In this document: positions 29,787 to 38,227 of the stretch, one piece after another | Position numbering within the stretch: position 1 is the stretch's first letter | How the letters are laid out: every line of letters starts with the position of its first letter | NCBI GenBank assembly: GCA_031254315.1 | Contig: JAIRUQ010000122.1 | Span: 7,817 to 71,816, forward strand | Source: Treponema sp. | GTDB lineage: Bacteria; Spirochaetota; Spirochaetia; Treponematales; Breznakiellaceae | DNA length: 64,000 nucleotides | Direction of reading: 5' to 3' | Notes under the pieces: generated by a model | Told to the model about the DNA's origin: nothing | Databases searched by the model: none | What the model saw: the letters and a program-made list of their open reading frames with translations, nothing else | Position numbers and translations under genes: made by a program

Positions 29787-30529
29787 AGATAGTTCACCCC
29801 GCGATTATTGCTGTATGGGCGGCTGTTATCGCCGCAGGACATCTTTTGCCGGCTTTCCCAATGATTGGTACGGGCAGACCATTTTCTTTAGCTTCAGTTC
29901 TTTTTCCGCTGTCGGGAATCTTTTTTGGTCCAATTGCCGGGGCTTCTTGCTCCGCGATCGGTGGTTCTATCGGTTCGTTGATTGCGCCGCATACGGCATG
30001 GCTGGGAGCCGGAACTTTTATCATTGGAACTGTAACGGCGTTTACAACGGGCAGTATCGCGTGGGGAAAATTACCTCCAGCCAGTATTAGCGCAAACGGC
30101 AGTATAATTATAAACGGCGGTATAATAGTTTATATTGTTGGGACAATTCTCTGGTTTACGCAGGAAATAGGCAGGAGCGTTATAAGTTATCCGCTTATTT
30201 TTTACGGACTCGGATTTTTAGCGATGATGGCAGGAATTATTTTTACCGGAAAAATATTGAAAGGGAAAAATTATCTGCTTAAATTTCCGGCGATCTGGCT
30301 ATGCTCTTTTGGCGGACTTATCGGCGGCGCTTCAATCGGGAATTTTTTTGGTCTTGTATTGTATAAACATCCAAAAGAAACATGGTTAACCCTGATGTTT
30401 ATAGCTCCCTCTGAACGCGCTATTTTCGCGTTAGCGGCGGCTCTTGTAGGCGTTCCGCTTCTTATAGGATTAAACAAGATCGGCATTTTTGCCGGTCCCC
30501 AGCCGGAGGAAGAAGATCAAAAACATTGA
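29783..30529 (+). CDS. Probable ECF substrate-binding S component
   Basis: About six TMs, GIFFGPIAG motif, operonic with ecfT and the ATPase. Confidence 0.75.
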   Translation: MKIVHPAIIAVWAAVIAAGHLLPAFPMIGTGRPFSLASVLFPLSGIFFGPIAGASCSAIGGSIGSLIAPHTAWLGAGTFIIGTVTAFTTGSIAWGKLPPASISANGSIIINGGIIVYIVGTILWFTQEIGRSVISYPLIFYGLGFLAMMAGIIFTGKILKGKNYLLKFPAIWLCSFGGLIGGASIGNFFGLVLYKHPKETWLTLMFIAPSERAIFALAAALVGVPLLIGLNKIGIFAGPQPEEEDQKH

Positions 30530-31361
30530 CTTTCATGTGCATATAACGCCCCCCGAAATCAGCGAAAACCCGAAAAAGTACGCGAAAAAAGAGCCGTACT
30601 TTGCCATGCTTTCAAAAAATCCCCATAACAGGTATGCAAGCGCTGAAGACATAATCGCCTCTTTTGAGGACGGAGTTATCGATCACGCTGTTGTTTTTGG
30701 CTTTGCTTTTAAGGACTTAGGTTTGTGCCGCCTTGTAAATGATTATGTAATTGAAAAAGTAAAAGAGTTCCCCGAAAAACTCACAGGCTTTATGTCAATA
30801 TCACCTAACGTTCGCGGTATGGAGCGTGAGATAGCTCGCTGTTATGACGCGGGGCTTAGAGGAATTGGCGAAATTTATCCTGAGGGGCAGAGGATAAACA
30901 TTGACAATAAAAAAGAAACCGCCCCTTTAATTTCTGCTTGTCTTGAACGGGATATGCCTTTAATTGTTCATGTCAATGAACCTGTCGGGCATTACTATCA
31001 CGGAAAAAGTGACATTCCGTTAAAAAAAATTGAAAAGTTTATAGAGAACTCCATGGGAGCGAAAATTGTACTTGCCCACTGGGGCGGCGGTATTTTCCTT
31101 TATGAGACCATGAAAGAAATAAAAGAAAAGTTCACCAATGTCTACTATGATATCGCCGCCACGCCGTTTCTCTACGATGAGCGAATTTACAACTCTGCAA
31201 AAGCCCTTGGTCTGTGCGAAAAAATTCTCTTCGCAAGCGATTTTCCGCTATTGCCGCAGTCTCGTTATATGGAAGGGTTAGAAAAAAGCAACCTTTCCGC
31301 TGAAGAAAAACGGCTTATTTTGAGCGAAAATGCAAAAAGGCTTTTAGGACTCTGTAATTAA
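30516..31361 (+). CDS. Amidohydrolase family (TIM-barrel) protein; start codon uncertain
   Basis: IDFHVH, GIGE, IVH, LAHWGGG, YYD, LFASDFP, NAKRLL; start is ATC 30516 (after GGAGG) or TTG 30489. Confidence 0.85.
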   Translation: MKNIDFHVHITPPEISENPKKYAKKEPYFAMLSKNPHNRYASAEDIIASFEDGVIDHAVVFGFAFKDLGLCRLVNDYVIEKVKEFPEKLTGFMSISPNVRGMEREIARCYDAGLRGIGEIYPEGQRINIDNKKETAPLISACLERDMPLIVHVNEPVGHYYHGKSDIPLKKIEKFIENSMGAKIVLAHWGGGIFLYETMKEIKEKFTNVYYDIAATPFLYDERIYNSAKALGLCEKILFASDFPLLPQSRYMEGLEKSNLSAEEKRLILSENAKRLLGLCN

Positions 31362-31380
31362 AACATTACGCTATAATATT

Positions 31381-31538
31381 CCACACAAAGGCACAAAGAT
31401 GTCCAAGAAGTAAGAATTTTACCACGGAGGACACGGAGAACACGGAGTTTTGGTATGAATTCTGCTTCTTCCTCCGTGCTCTCCGTGTACTCCGTGGTTT
31501 TATTTCTTCATGTTTTCTTCTCTATGTCTCTGCGTGAG
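31381..31538. repeat. CACGGAG/CTCCGTG element, copy C, nested in CACAAAG-type arms
   Basis: Three CACGGAG (31422-31447) and three CTCCGTG (31472-31496); outer CACACAAAGGCACAAAG resembles the arm at 5365. Confidence 0.85.
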
Positions 31539-31626
31539 GTAATTGGAGAAGAATGTTTTGTAAATATTTGAGTGTTGCAGACCGTTAGGGTCTTACAAAA
31601 TAAAAAATTTGTGTTAAAATTAAGGT

Positions 31627-32862
31627 ATGACAAAAATAAATCTGAGCGTTTTCGCGCTTTTCTTATTGTTGAACTTTTCGCTTGCCCCTGTAAAAGTAGC
31701 AGGCGATGTATTTGAGTTCAGGCATACGCCCGGCTCAAGATATCGAATCCTTTCTGTAGTAGACGAGGCTGTATTTATTAACAACGTTTTAAGCCATCGC
31801 GCTGAAATCCTTAACCGTATCGCGGTAGAAGTAACCGGAGTTGCGGAGGGCAGGGGACAGCACAGGGCTATTTTTCAAACTTCAGAACGTTTGATTTATG
31901 ATTCGGCTAGTGGAGCGCAGACCGGAATAACGGGCTTTCAATGGTCAAGGGAATATGAATCCGTATTTGAACGCGACAGGCTTGGCTATCTTACGATAGC
32001 TCCTCAGTATTTTATGCCTGTTGTGCGAAATGTTCCTGTATTCCCTGACAGACAATTAAGGGTCTTGGACACATGGAGAGCCGAAGGTTACGAAATACAT
32101 GATTTCCGTGATACATTTGGAATACAGGAACCATACCGGATTCCATTTACCGCGGATTATGTTTATGTAGGAGAGCGACAATGGAAGGAGCGGACCTATC
32201 CCGCTTTTTCGGTAACCTACAGGATAGCGTCGCGTCCTAACGCGGTAGCTGGGCGCATTTATCCTACTCGAATATACGGAGAGTTTAATCAGATTGTTTA
32301 CTGGGATCATCAAATTGGTCAGGCTGTCGCTTATGAAGAGACATTTCGCCTAACATTTGAAATGTCTGACAGAAGAAAAATTGAATTTCGAGGAACAGCG
32401 CAAGCTGAGTTTGTCGAATCTGAGAACATGAACAGGGAAGAGCTTGTTTCTGAAATTGCCCGTGAAATTGAGCGTATGAATATTCCTGATGTCAATGTCA
32501 GAGCGGTAGAAGAGGGTATTTCTCTAAGCCTTGAAGACATAAGGTTTAGGGCGGATTCTAATGTTATGTTGCCGGGAGAAGAGGCAAAACTTGACAGAAT
32601 TGCCGCCATTTTAAACCGCTATCCTGACAGGGACATTGTAGTTAGCGGTCATGCCGCGAACTGGGGCGAAAGCGAGTACCTTCTGCGTCTTTCGCAAAGC
32701 CGCGCGCGAGCCGTGGCTGATTATCTTTTAGCAAATAATGTCCGTAGCGCGGATCGCATTGTTATTCGCGGGTACGGCGCGGAAAGACCCATAGCAGATA
32801 ACAGTACCGAAGAAGGTATGCGAAGAAATCGAAGGGTAGAAATTACAATATTGGAGAACTAG
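31627..32862 (+). CDS. OmpA-family peptidoglycan-binding protein
   Basis: C-terminal F..DS....P, V.GHA, LSQSRARAV, GYGAERPIADNST.EG..RNRRVEI. Confidence 0.9.
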   Translation: MTKINLSVFALFLLLNFSLAPVKVAGDVFEFRHTPGSRYRILSVVDEAVFINNVLSHRAEILNRIAVEVTGVAEGRGQHRAIFQTSERLIYDSASGAQTGITGFQWSREYESVFERDRLGYLTIAPQYFMPVVRNVPVFPDRQLRVLDTWRAEGYEIHDFRDTFGIQEPYRIPFTADYVYVGERQWKERTYPAFSVTYRIASRPNAVAGRIYPTRIYGEFNQIVYWDHQIGQAVAYEETFRLTFEMSDRRKIEFRGTAQAEFVESENMNREELVSEIAREIERMNIPDVNVRAVEEGISLSLEDIRFRADSNVMLPGEEAKLDRIAAILNRYPDRDIVVSGHAANWGESEYLLRLSQSRARAVADYLLANNVRSADRIVIRGYGAERPIADNSTEEGMRRNRRVEITILEN

Positions 32863-33836
32863 TGCCTTCGAGCCTTTATAAAATCAACCACTATCTCGAT
32901 CGCCTTATCCCCCTTACAACTCCGCTTGCCGTCGCTTTTGGTTTGTTACTGCCGTCTGTATTTCTGCCTCTGCGTCCTTTTGTTATACTGCTGTTCGCAG
33001 TTATGACATTTTCAGGCGCGCTAAAATTAACCGCAGGCGAATTGGGAGCCGCCGTAAGAAGCCCTGTTCCAATTCTTCTTTTCTTTTTAACAAGTCATAT
33101 TTTAATGCCGCTAGCCGGTTTTTTATCGTCTTCTTTTTTCTTTGATAATCCCGATCTTATCGCGGGTTTTGTACTGCTGTTTGCCGGTCCTACGGCAGTT
33201 TCCGGTTTTATTTGGGTTCAAATTTTTAAGGGCGATAAAGCCTTGGGTCTTACATTGATTTTGCTTGATACCCTCCTTGCGCCGCTGATTGTTCCTGCTA
33301 CGCTTTCTGTTTTTGTAAGTACGGATATAGCGATGGATATAAGCGGCATTGCCGTTTCACTTCTTTTTATGGTTGTAGTCCCGACAATTATCGGCGTTAC
33401 GTTAAACGAAACCAGCAAAGGAAAAATCCCGAAAGCAATTTGCCCCGCCCTTGATCCCTTCGCAAAAATATGCCTTATCCTTGTAATTGCGGCGAACTCC
33501 TCGGCGATAGCTCCTGTTGTGCGCTTTAACGAGCCTCTTTTTTGGGCAGTCGCGCTGTTATGCGTTACATTGACTGTCGCCGGTTTTCTGTTTGCCAAAC
33601 TTAACGGGATTGTGGGAAAATTCAGTAATGAAAAAACTACATCGCTTATTATTGCCGGCGGCTTACGAAACAACAGCGCGGTAATGACAATAGCCGTAAC
33701 CTTCTTCCCTGAAGCTACTGTTCTGCCTACACTGGTAAGCATCATTGTCCAGCAGACCATAGCGGCTATTATGGGGAAGCTGGTTATTAAGAAGAATAAA
33801 GAAGATTTGACAATGAGTAATACGGAAGAGGAGTGA
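32862..33836 (+). CDS. Bile acid:sodium symporter (BASS) family transporter
   Basis: About 9 TMs, PTAVSG, GD.ALG, GLRNNS motifs. Confidence 0.85.
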   Translation: MPSSLYKINHYLDRLIPLTTPLAVAFGLLLPSVFLPLRPFVILLFAVMTFSGALKLTAGELGAAVRSPVPILLFFLTSHILMPLAGFLSSSFFFDNPDLIAGFVLLFAGPTAVSGFIWVQIFKGDKALGLTLILLDTLLAPLIVPATLSVFVSTDIAMDISGIAVSLLFMVVVPTIIGVTLNETSKGKIPKAICPALDPFAKICLILVIAANSSAIAPVVRFNEPLFWAVALLCVTLTVAGFLFAKLNGIVGKFSNEKTTSLIIAGGLRNNSAVMTIAVTFFPEATVLPTLVSIIVQQTIAAIMGKLVIKKNKEDLTMSNTEEE

Positions 33837-33841
33837 AATTT

Positions 33842-34648
33842 ATGGAAAATGCAAAAAAATCTTATACTGTTTATTTCTGGTTAGTAATCGTGCTATGTGT
33901 CTGCACATTCCTGTTTGAAGTATATAATCGAAATTTATATAACTTGGAGCATTCTTTTAATTCATGGACTTTGTCATTCCTGCTACCTATGCCATCTAGA
34001 TATACCGTGGGGCTGGTAAATGTGATATTAAAATTAGTTAGCCAAGGGGCTATGGGCATATTGGGCTTATATTTTTCGTCAAAAATTGGTTTTAAGGACA
34101 TTCTGAACGATGAAATTAAACAAATAAAATATATTTTTCTGGTAATATTTACCGGTATAATTATGGGCGTGTATTTTATTGGGTATGATACACTATTAAG
34201 AAAAATATTCGATACACACATATTTTTATACAATTATTCAACAATCCCTTCGGCAATTTTTGCCTCGTTTGTTGAGGGGATTGGCGATCAAATATTACAA
34301 ATGCTTCGTATTTCATTTTTAGTATGGCTTTTTTCAAAGCTAATAAAGTCTGAAAACGGACGAAATGCATTATTTTGGGTAGTTGCGGTAGCATGTGCAT
34401 TGGGGTTTGCGATAGGGCATATAACATCAACTTTTTTATACCGTGTGGGGCAGGCTAGTAGTGTTTTTAGAGTACCTTTCCATGAGGTTAGAATAATTCT
34501 AGGAGTATATGTACCGTTAGCATTGGTCTGCGCATATTTTTTAAAAAGATTTGGGCTTTTAAGCGCGATAATAATACATTTTATAACAGACATAAGTTGG
34601 CGTGTCCTGTTGGCGTATATCATGATGGGCGATATAATGTTTATGTAA
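33842..34648 (+). CDS. CPBP/CAAX (Abi)-like membrane protein, AT-rich
   Basis: FAIGH and AIIIHFITD motifs; the EExxxR motif is degenerate (GDQILQMLR). Confidence 0.6.
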   Translation: MENAKKSYTVYFWLVIVLCVCTFLFEVYNRNLYNLEHSFNSWTLSFLLPMPSRYTVGLVNVILKLVSQGAMGILGLYFSSKIGFKDILNDEIKQIKYIFLVIFTGIIMGVYFIGYDTLLRKIFDTHIFLYNYSTIPSAIFASFVEGIGDQILQMLRISFLVWLFSKLIKSENGRNALFWVVAVACALGFAIGHITSTFLYRVGQASSVFRVPFHEVRIILGVYVPLALVCAYFLKRFGLLSAIIIHFITDISWRVLLAYIMMGDIMFM

Positions 34649-34797
34649 TGAAAGCCATAAGATAAGACATAAAAAAGTAAAATAAATTCTTCTAATATTA
34701 ACAGTTTTTTAGTTAATGTTTAGTATAAAATATACTAACACCATAACTCCGTGTTCTCCGTGGTTAATTTCTTCTCTCTTCTCATTGCTAATTGCAA

Positions 34798-35679
34798 TTA
34801 TTCCCCGTTAAACTCGTACCTTAGCGTTGAATCATCTAAAATAAACGCTACGCGACCCTGCGATAAAAGGCGGCGGTTTTCTTGTGAAGAAATGATTAAT
34901 AGCGCGTAACTTCTGTCTATTATAAGGTCTGTGGGTGTTATTCCAAATACGCCGCTTGCGAAGATTCGCAATGGTCTATCCCCTACGATTTGCTGTAATT
35001 CCGCTGAAATACCGGAAGGGTTTTTCGCAAAGATATTCTCCATGGCGAAATAATGCACCATTGCCGTGTCGCGTGCTTCGAGCATACTGCGCTCATAGAC
35101 AAGGTTCATTTCGCTGTCCCATATTTTCGGGAATAAACAGGGGACGGGCAGGGCAGTCCCTCTCATTCCGTGAACGGGAAGATTTTCCGCGGCAATGATA
35201 ATTATTCCCGTATACGTCGCTGTTGAAACGGGGCTTAGTGTTCTTATGATTGGAAAGGCGCGGTCATGGCGAAGAAGAGCGGACGCCGTGCTTGAAAGGG
35301 AGATTGTGTAGGATGATATAATATTTCGCATATCCGGCGAAAGAGCGGGCGGAACGGAATTTGCGCCAAACGCGATTGCTTCAACATCGGCGAGGCTTAG
35401 CTCCCCCCTGTCTACAAGGTCGGCTATGGTAGAAGAAGAGTCAACCCGTAAGCCAAGAATGCTTGAGCGGATCAAAGCTAAATAGTTGTCGTATAAAAGG
35501 GCTTCCCCCTGCGTTCTGCCTGCCGGGAGTTTTAACCCTGCCGATGCCATATTCAGGGAAATCCGCGCGTTAAGACGCATCGCGTCCCATTCAACCGATC
35601 CGGAAATACTGGTATTCACCTGCCCAAAAACCGCTTGGGCGGCAAATAAGACCGCTATAAAAACAGTGATTTTTCTCAT
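34798..35679 (-). CDS. Secreted hypothetical protein (LPP20-like YTGIII...P.LFPKIWD domain)
   Basis: Signal peptide; translationally coupled to mltD. Confidence 0.7.
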   Translation of the reverse strand: MRKITVFIAVLFAAQAVFGQVNTSISGSVEWDAMRLNARISLNMASAGLKLPAGRTQGEALLYDNYLALIRSSILGLRVDSSSTIADLVDRGELSLADVEAIAFGANSVPPALSPDMRNIISSYTISLSSTASALLRHDRAFPIIRTLSPVSTATYTGIIIIAAENLPVHGMRGTALPVPCLFPKIWDSEMNLVYERSMLEARDTAMVHYFAMENIFAKNPSGISAELQQIVGDRPLRIFASGVFGITPTDLIIDRSYALLIISSQENRRLLSQGRVAFILDDSTLRYEFNGE

Positions 35680-37076
35680 TATTCTAGTATCGGCACTCTT
35701 ATGGCTCTTCCTTCGTGAAGAATATCATTTAGCCGCATCCCGTTTGCCTCCGCCAAAGACTGGGGATCAACGCCGTATTGTCTGCTCAAAGACCAGAAAG
35801 TTTCGCCGCCCTGTACAACGTGAGTGCCGCGAAAGTTTGCGGTATTTTCTGTAACCGGCGGAGGCGTCGGGGGCGCGTCGCTAAACGCCGGAATTACGAT
35901 TGTTTCCCCTATTCTAAGATGACGGTTTGCGACCCCCGGATTGTGCTGTTCAATCATATTGAGGGGTGTGCCGTAACTTCTGGACATCGACCATAATGTA
36001 TCGCCGTAACGGACGACATGGTAATGGTAACGGATCAGCTTTAAATCTTCCCTATCAAGAACCTCGTTGATCCGCTCAATCTGCGCAGACGGGACTTTCA
36101 ACCGGTAGTTCGGGTCTATAGGGCTTATTCCATGAAGAAGTTCCGCGTTAAGTCTGCGCAGTAAGTCAGCGGGAATTTCAGCTTCATTCGCCAATATATC
36201 AAGAGAAATTTGACGCTGTAGAGTAATAGCTGTCCATTCCAGCTTTCTTTGCCAGACATCTACGCCGTACCTTCTTGCCTGTGATATAACATAAGATGCC
36301 GCTATTAGTTTTGGCACAAAATGCGCGGTTTCCTGCCTAAATTGATTCCTTTTGCTTAGTTCCCAATAATCACTGCCTTCAGTTCTTCGTACTATACGGT
36401 TTACCGCGCCCAAGCCGCTGTTATAAGCCGCCAGCGCAAGTTCCCAACTGCCAAGCGCCCTGTAATTTTCATCAAGTTTTTGCAATGCTCCCCTTGTAGA
36501 CTTGATAAAATCTAACCGCTCATCAATTAAATCTGTAACCCTGATATCAAAGGGAGCGATACTGTTCATCATAAATTGCCAAAGTCCGACCGCCCCCGAC
36601 CTGCTCCTAGCCGTTATTTGAAAGCCGGATTCAATAATTGGCAGATAGGCAAGTTCCTCCGGCATATTCCGTCTCGCTACCTCATCCTTTATAAATGGCA
36701 GATAAATGCTTGCCCTTTCTAAAATAGCGTTAAGGTTTTTAATGCCATTCGGACTTGAATACTGGGCTATATAATGCTGAGTTAGAGTCTGCTCAAGAGC
36801 CGTCTCTGTAATGAGCGAGTTTGCCTGCCGCAAGGCGGTCTGCGAAGGCGGGGAGCTTGGGACAATTGTCTGTGGCGGATTTGTTCTAAGAGGACGCCCC
36901 TCTTCCTGCCCAAAAACAGCAATCGGGGCTAGCAAAAAGGAAAAAATTAACATTAGAGTTGGAGATGTCAAAACGTAGTTTTCATGGAATTTCTTTCTCT
37001 TCCTCCGTGAAACTCCGTGTCCTCCGTGGTTTATATTCTTCAGAAAAATTAACAAAAAACGCGGTAAAACCGTCAA
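35679..37076 (-). CDS. mltD: MltD-like lytic transglycosylase with two LysM domains
   Basis: LAYLPIIESGF, SRSGAVGLWQFM, LALAAYNSG, ET..FVPK; LysM VRYGDTLWS and VQGGETFWSLS; TTG start overlaps the upstream TGA. Confidence 0.88.
   Translation of the reverse strand: MTVLPRFLLIFLKNINHGGHGVSRRKRKKFHENYVLTSPTLMLIFSFLLAPIAVFGQEEGRPLRTNPPQTIVPSSPPSQTALRQANSLITETALEQTLTQHYIAQYSSPNGIKNLNAILERASIYLPFIKDEVARRNMPEELAYLPIIESGFQITARSRSGAVGLWQFMMNSIAPFDIRVTDLIDERLDFIKSTRGALQKLDENYRALGSWELALAAYNSGLGAVNRIVRRTEGSDYWELSKRNQFRQETAHFVPKLIAASYVISQARRYGVDVWQRKLEWTAITLQRQISLDILANEAEIPADLLRRLNAELLHGISPIDPNYRLKVPSAQIERINEVLDREDLKLIRYHYHVVRYGDTLWSMSRSYGTPLNMIEQHNPGVANRHLRIGETIVIPAFSDAPPTPPPVTENTANFRGTHVVQGGETFWSLSRQYGVDPQSLAEANGMRLNDILHEGRAIRVPILE
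36942..37054. mobile_element. CTCCGTG-family element inserted in frame in mltD, flanked by 11-bp direct repeats
   Basis: AAAAATTAACA at 36942-36952 and 37044-37054 (102 bp apart); interior has GGAGATGTC and three CTCCGTG. Confidence 0.8.
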
Positions 37077-38140
37077 AATTTCTCTCCGTAGTATATCCCC
37101 GCCCATTCCCAGCGTCCATGTATCTCGATGTCCTGCGGAAAGTTGATCTTTCTAAAGTACAGATACCATGTCGGGAGCGTAAGCGACCAGCCCGTTGTCC
37201 TTAAAAACGCTTCATTTGAATTGGAAGATGAGTCAAGATTAGGGGCGTATCTGATATTGTTTCCGCTCATAAATGAAACGAGATTAAACCTCCTTAACCC
37301 AATATCTTCGGTTTCTATCTGCTCCCATGAACGGGCAAAAAAATTAACCCTTGTTTGACAGCGCATAAGCGCGTAGGCGTTTCCCGTGTCCAGAGCGTTT
37401 TCTACGGTTCTTCTTAGATCGTTTAGGCTCTCAAAAGTCCAGTCTTTTTGGGTTTTGCTAAAATCCACCTGATGTTTCGCGTATTGAAAGGAAGTGGGAA
37501 ACCCCGGAATTACCGTCTGATACGGCAAATAGCTGGTATACGCGGAAATTGCGCCGTTCCAGTCACCTACGCGCTCACAAGCCTGCCCAAGCATAAAATA
37601 AGCAGTGCCTAAATCAGTTTGTTCGGGGAATTTAGAAATTAATTCCTTGTAATACCACACCTGCCTCTGAGGGCTGTTGTTTTGCTTAACAAGATGCCTT
37701 AAACATACAAGATGAATTGATTCATCGTTAATTATAAGGTCAGGATAGTTTTTTATAATTAAATCAAAATACAGATTGGCTATCGGTTCGGAACCCTGCT
37801 GGATATTGGCGTAGGCAATCATCAAAAAATAGTAACTGTTATAAGGATCGGCGGGATTATTGATGGTTTTCGCGCTTAAAAAGTTGATAAGCCGCTCGTA
37901 GTCCCCAAGCCGCGCGAAAGTCGTGGCAATTTCCCTTGTAACGGCAAATTCGCCTTCATCGCCGCTCTCTTCCATGCTCAAAAGCCTGAACAGTTCAACG
38001 AGTTTTTCCCTGTCCTGCTTTGAACCTGTAATGTAATAAGAGTCAATTCCCGCTGTATCAATAGTGCATGAAAAAGCGATAAAAACCGATAATAATAGTG
38101 TGATTTTTACTAAAAACACAAGTTTTCTTTGGGTATCCAT
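37073..38140 (-). CDS. TPR-containing lipoprotein
   Basis: FIAFS-C lipobox; AYFMLGQACERVGDWNGAISAY TPR helix pair. Confidence 0.8.
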   Translation of the reverse strand: MDTQRKLVFLVKITLLLSVFIAFSCTIDTAGIDSYYITGSKQDREKLVELFRLLSMEESGDEGEFAVTREIATTFARLGDYERLINFLSAKTINNPADPYNSYYFLMIAYANIQQGSEPIANLYFDLIIKNYPDLIINDESIHLVCLRHLVKQNNSPQRQVWYYKELISKFPEQTDLGTAYFMLGQACERVGDWNGAISAYTSYLPYQTVIPGFPTSFQYAKHQVDFSKTQKDWTFESLNDLRRTVENALDTGNAYALMRCQTRVNFFARSWEQIETEDIGLRRFNLVSFMSGNNIRYAPNLDSSSNSNEAFLRTTGWSLTLPTWYLYFRKINFPQDIEIHGRWEWAGIYYGEKF

Positions 38141-38227
38141 TGTTAATCATCCTAGCATTGTGTTATGATTTTGTACATCTGGTCTTTTCTGATTTTCGGT
38201 GGAATTTATTTTTTTGGATAATAAAAA

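Noticed and set aside
25411-31538. CACGGAG repeats as CRISPR repeats
   Set aside because: Dispersed inverted elements, not a regularly spaced direct-repeat array.
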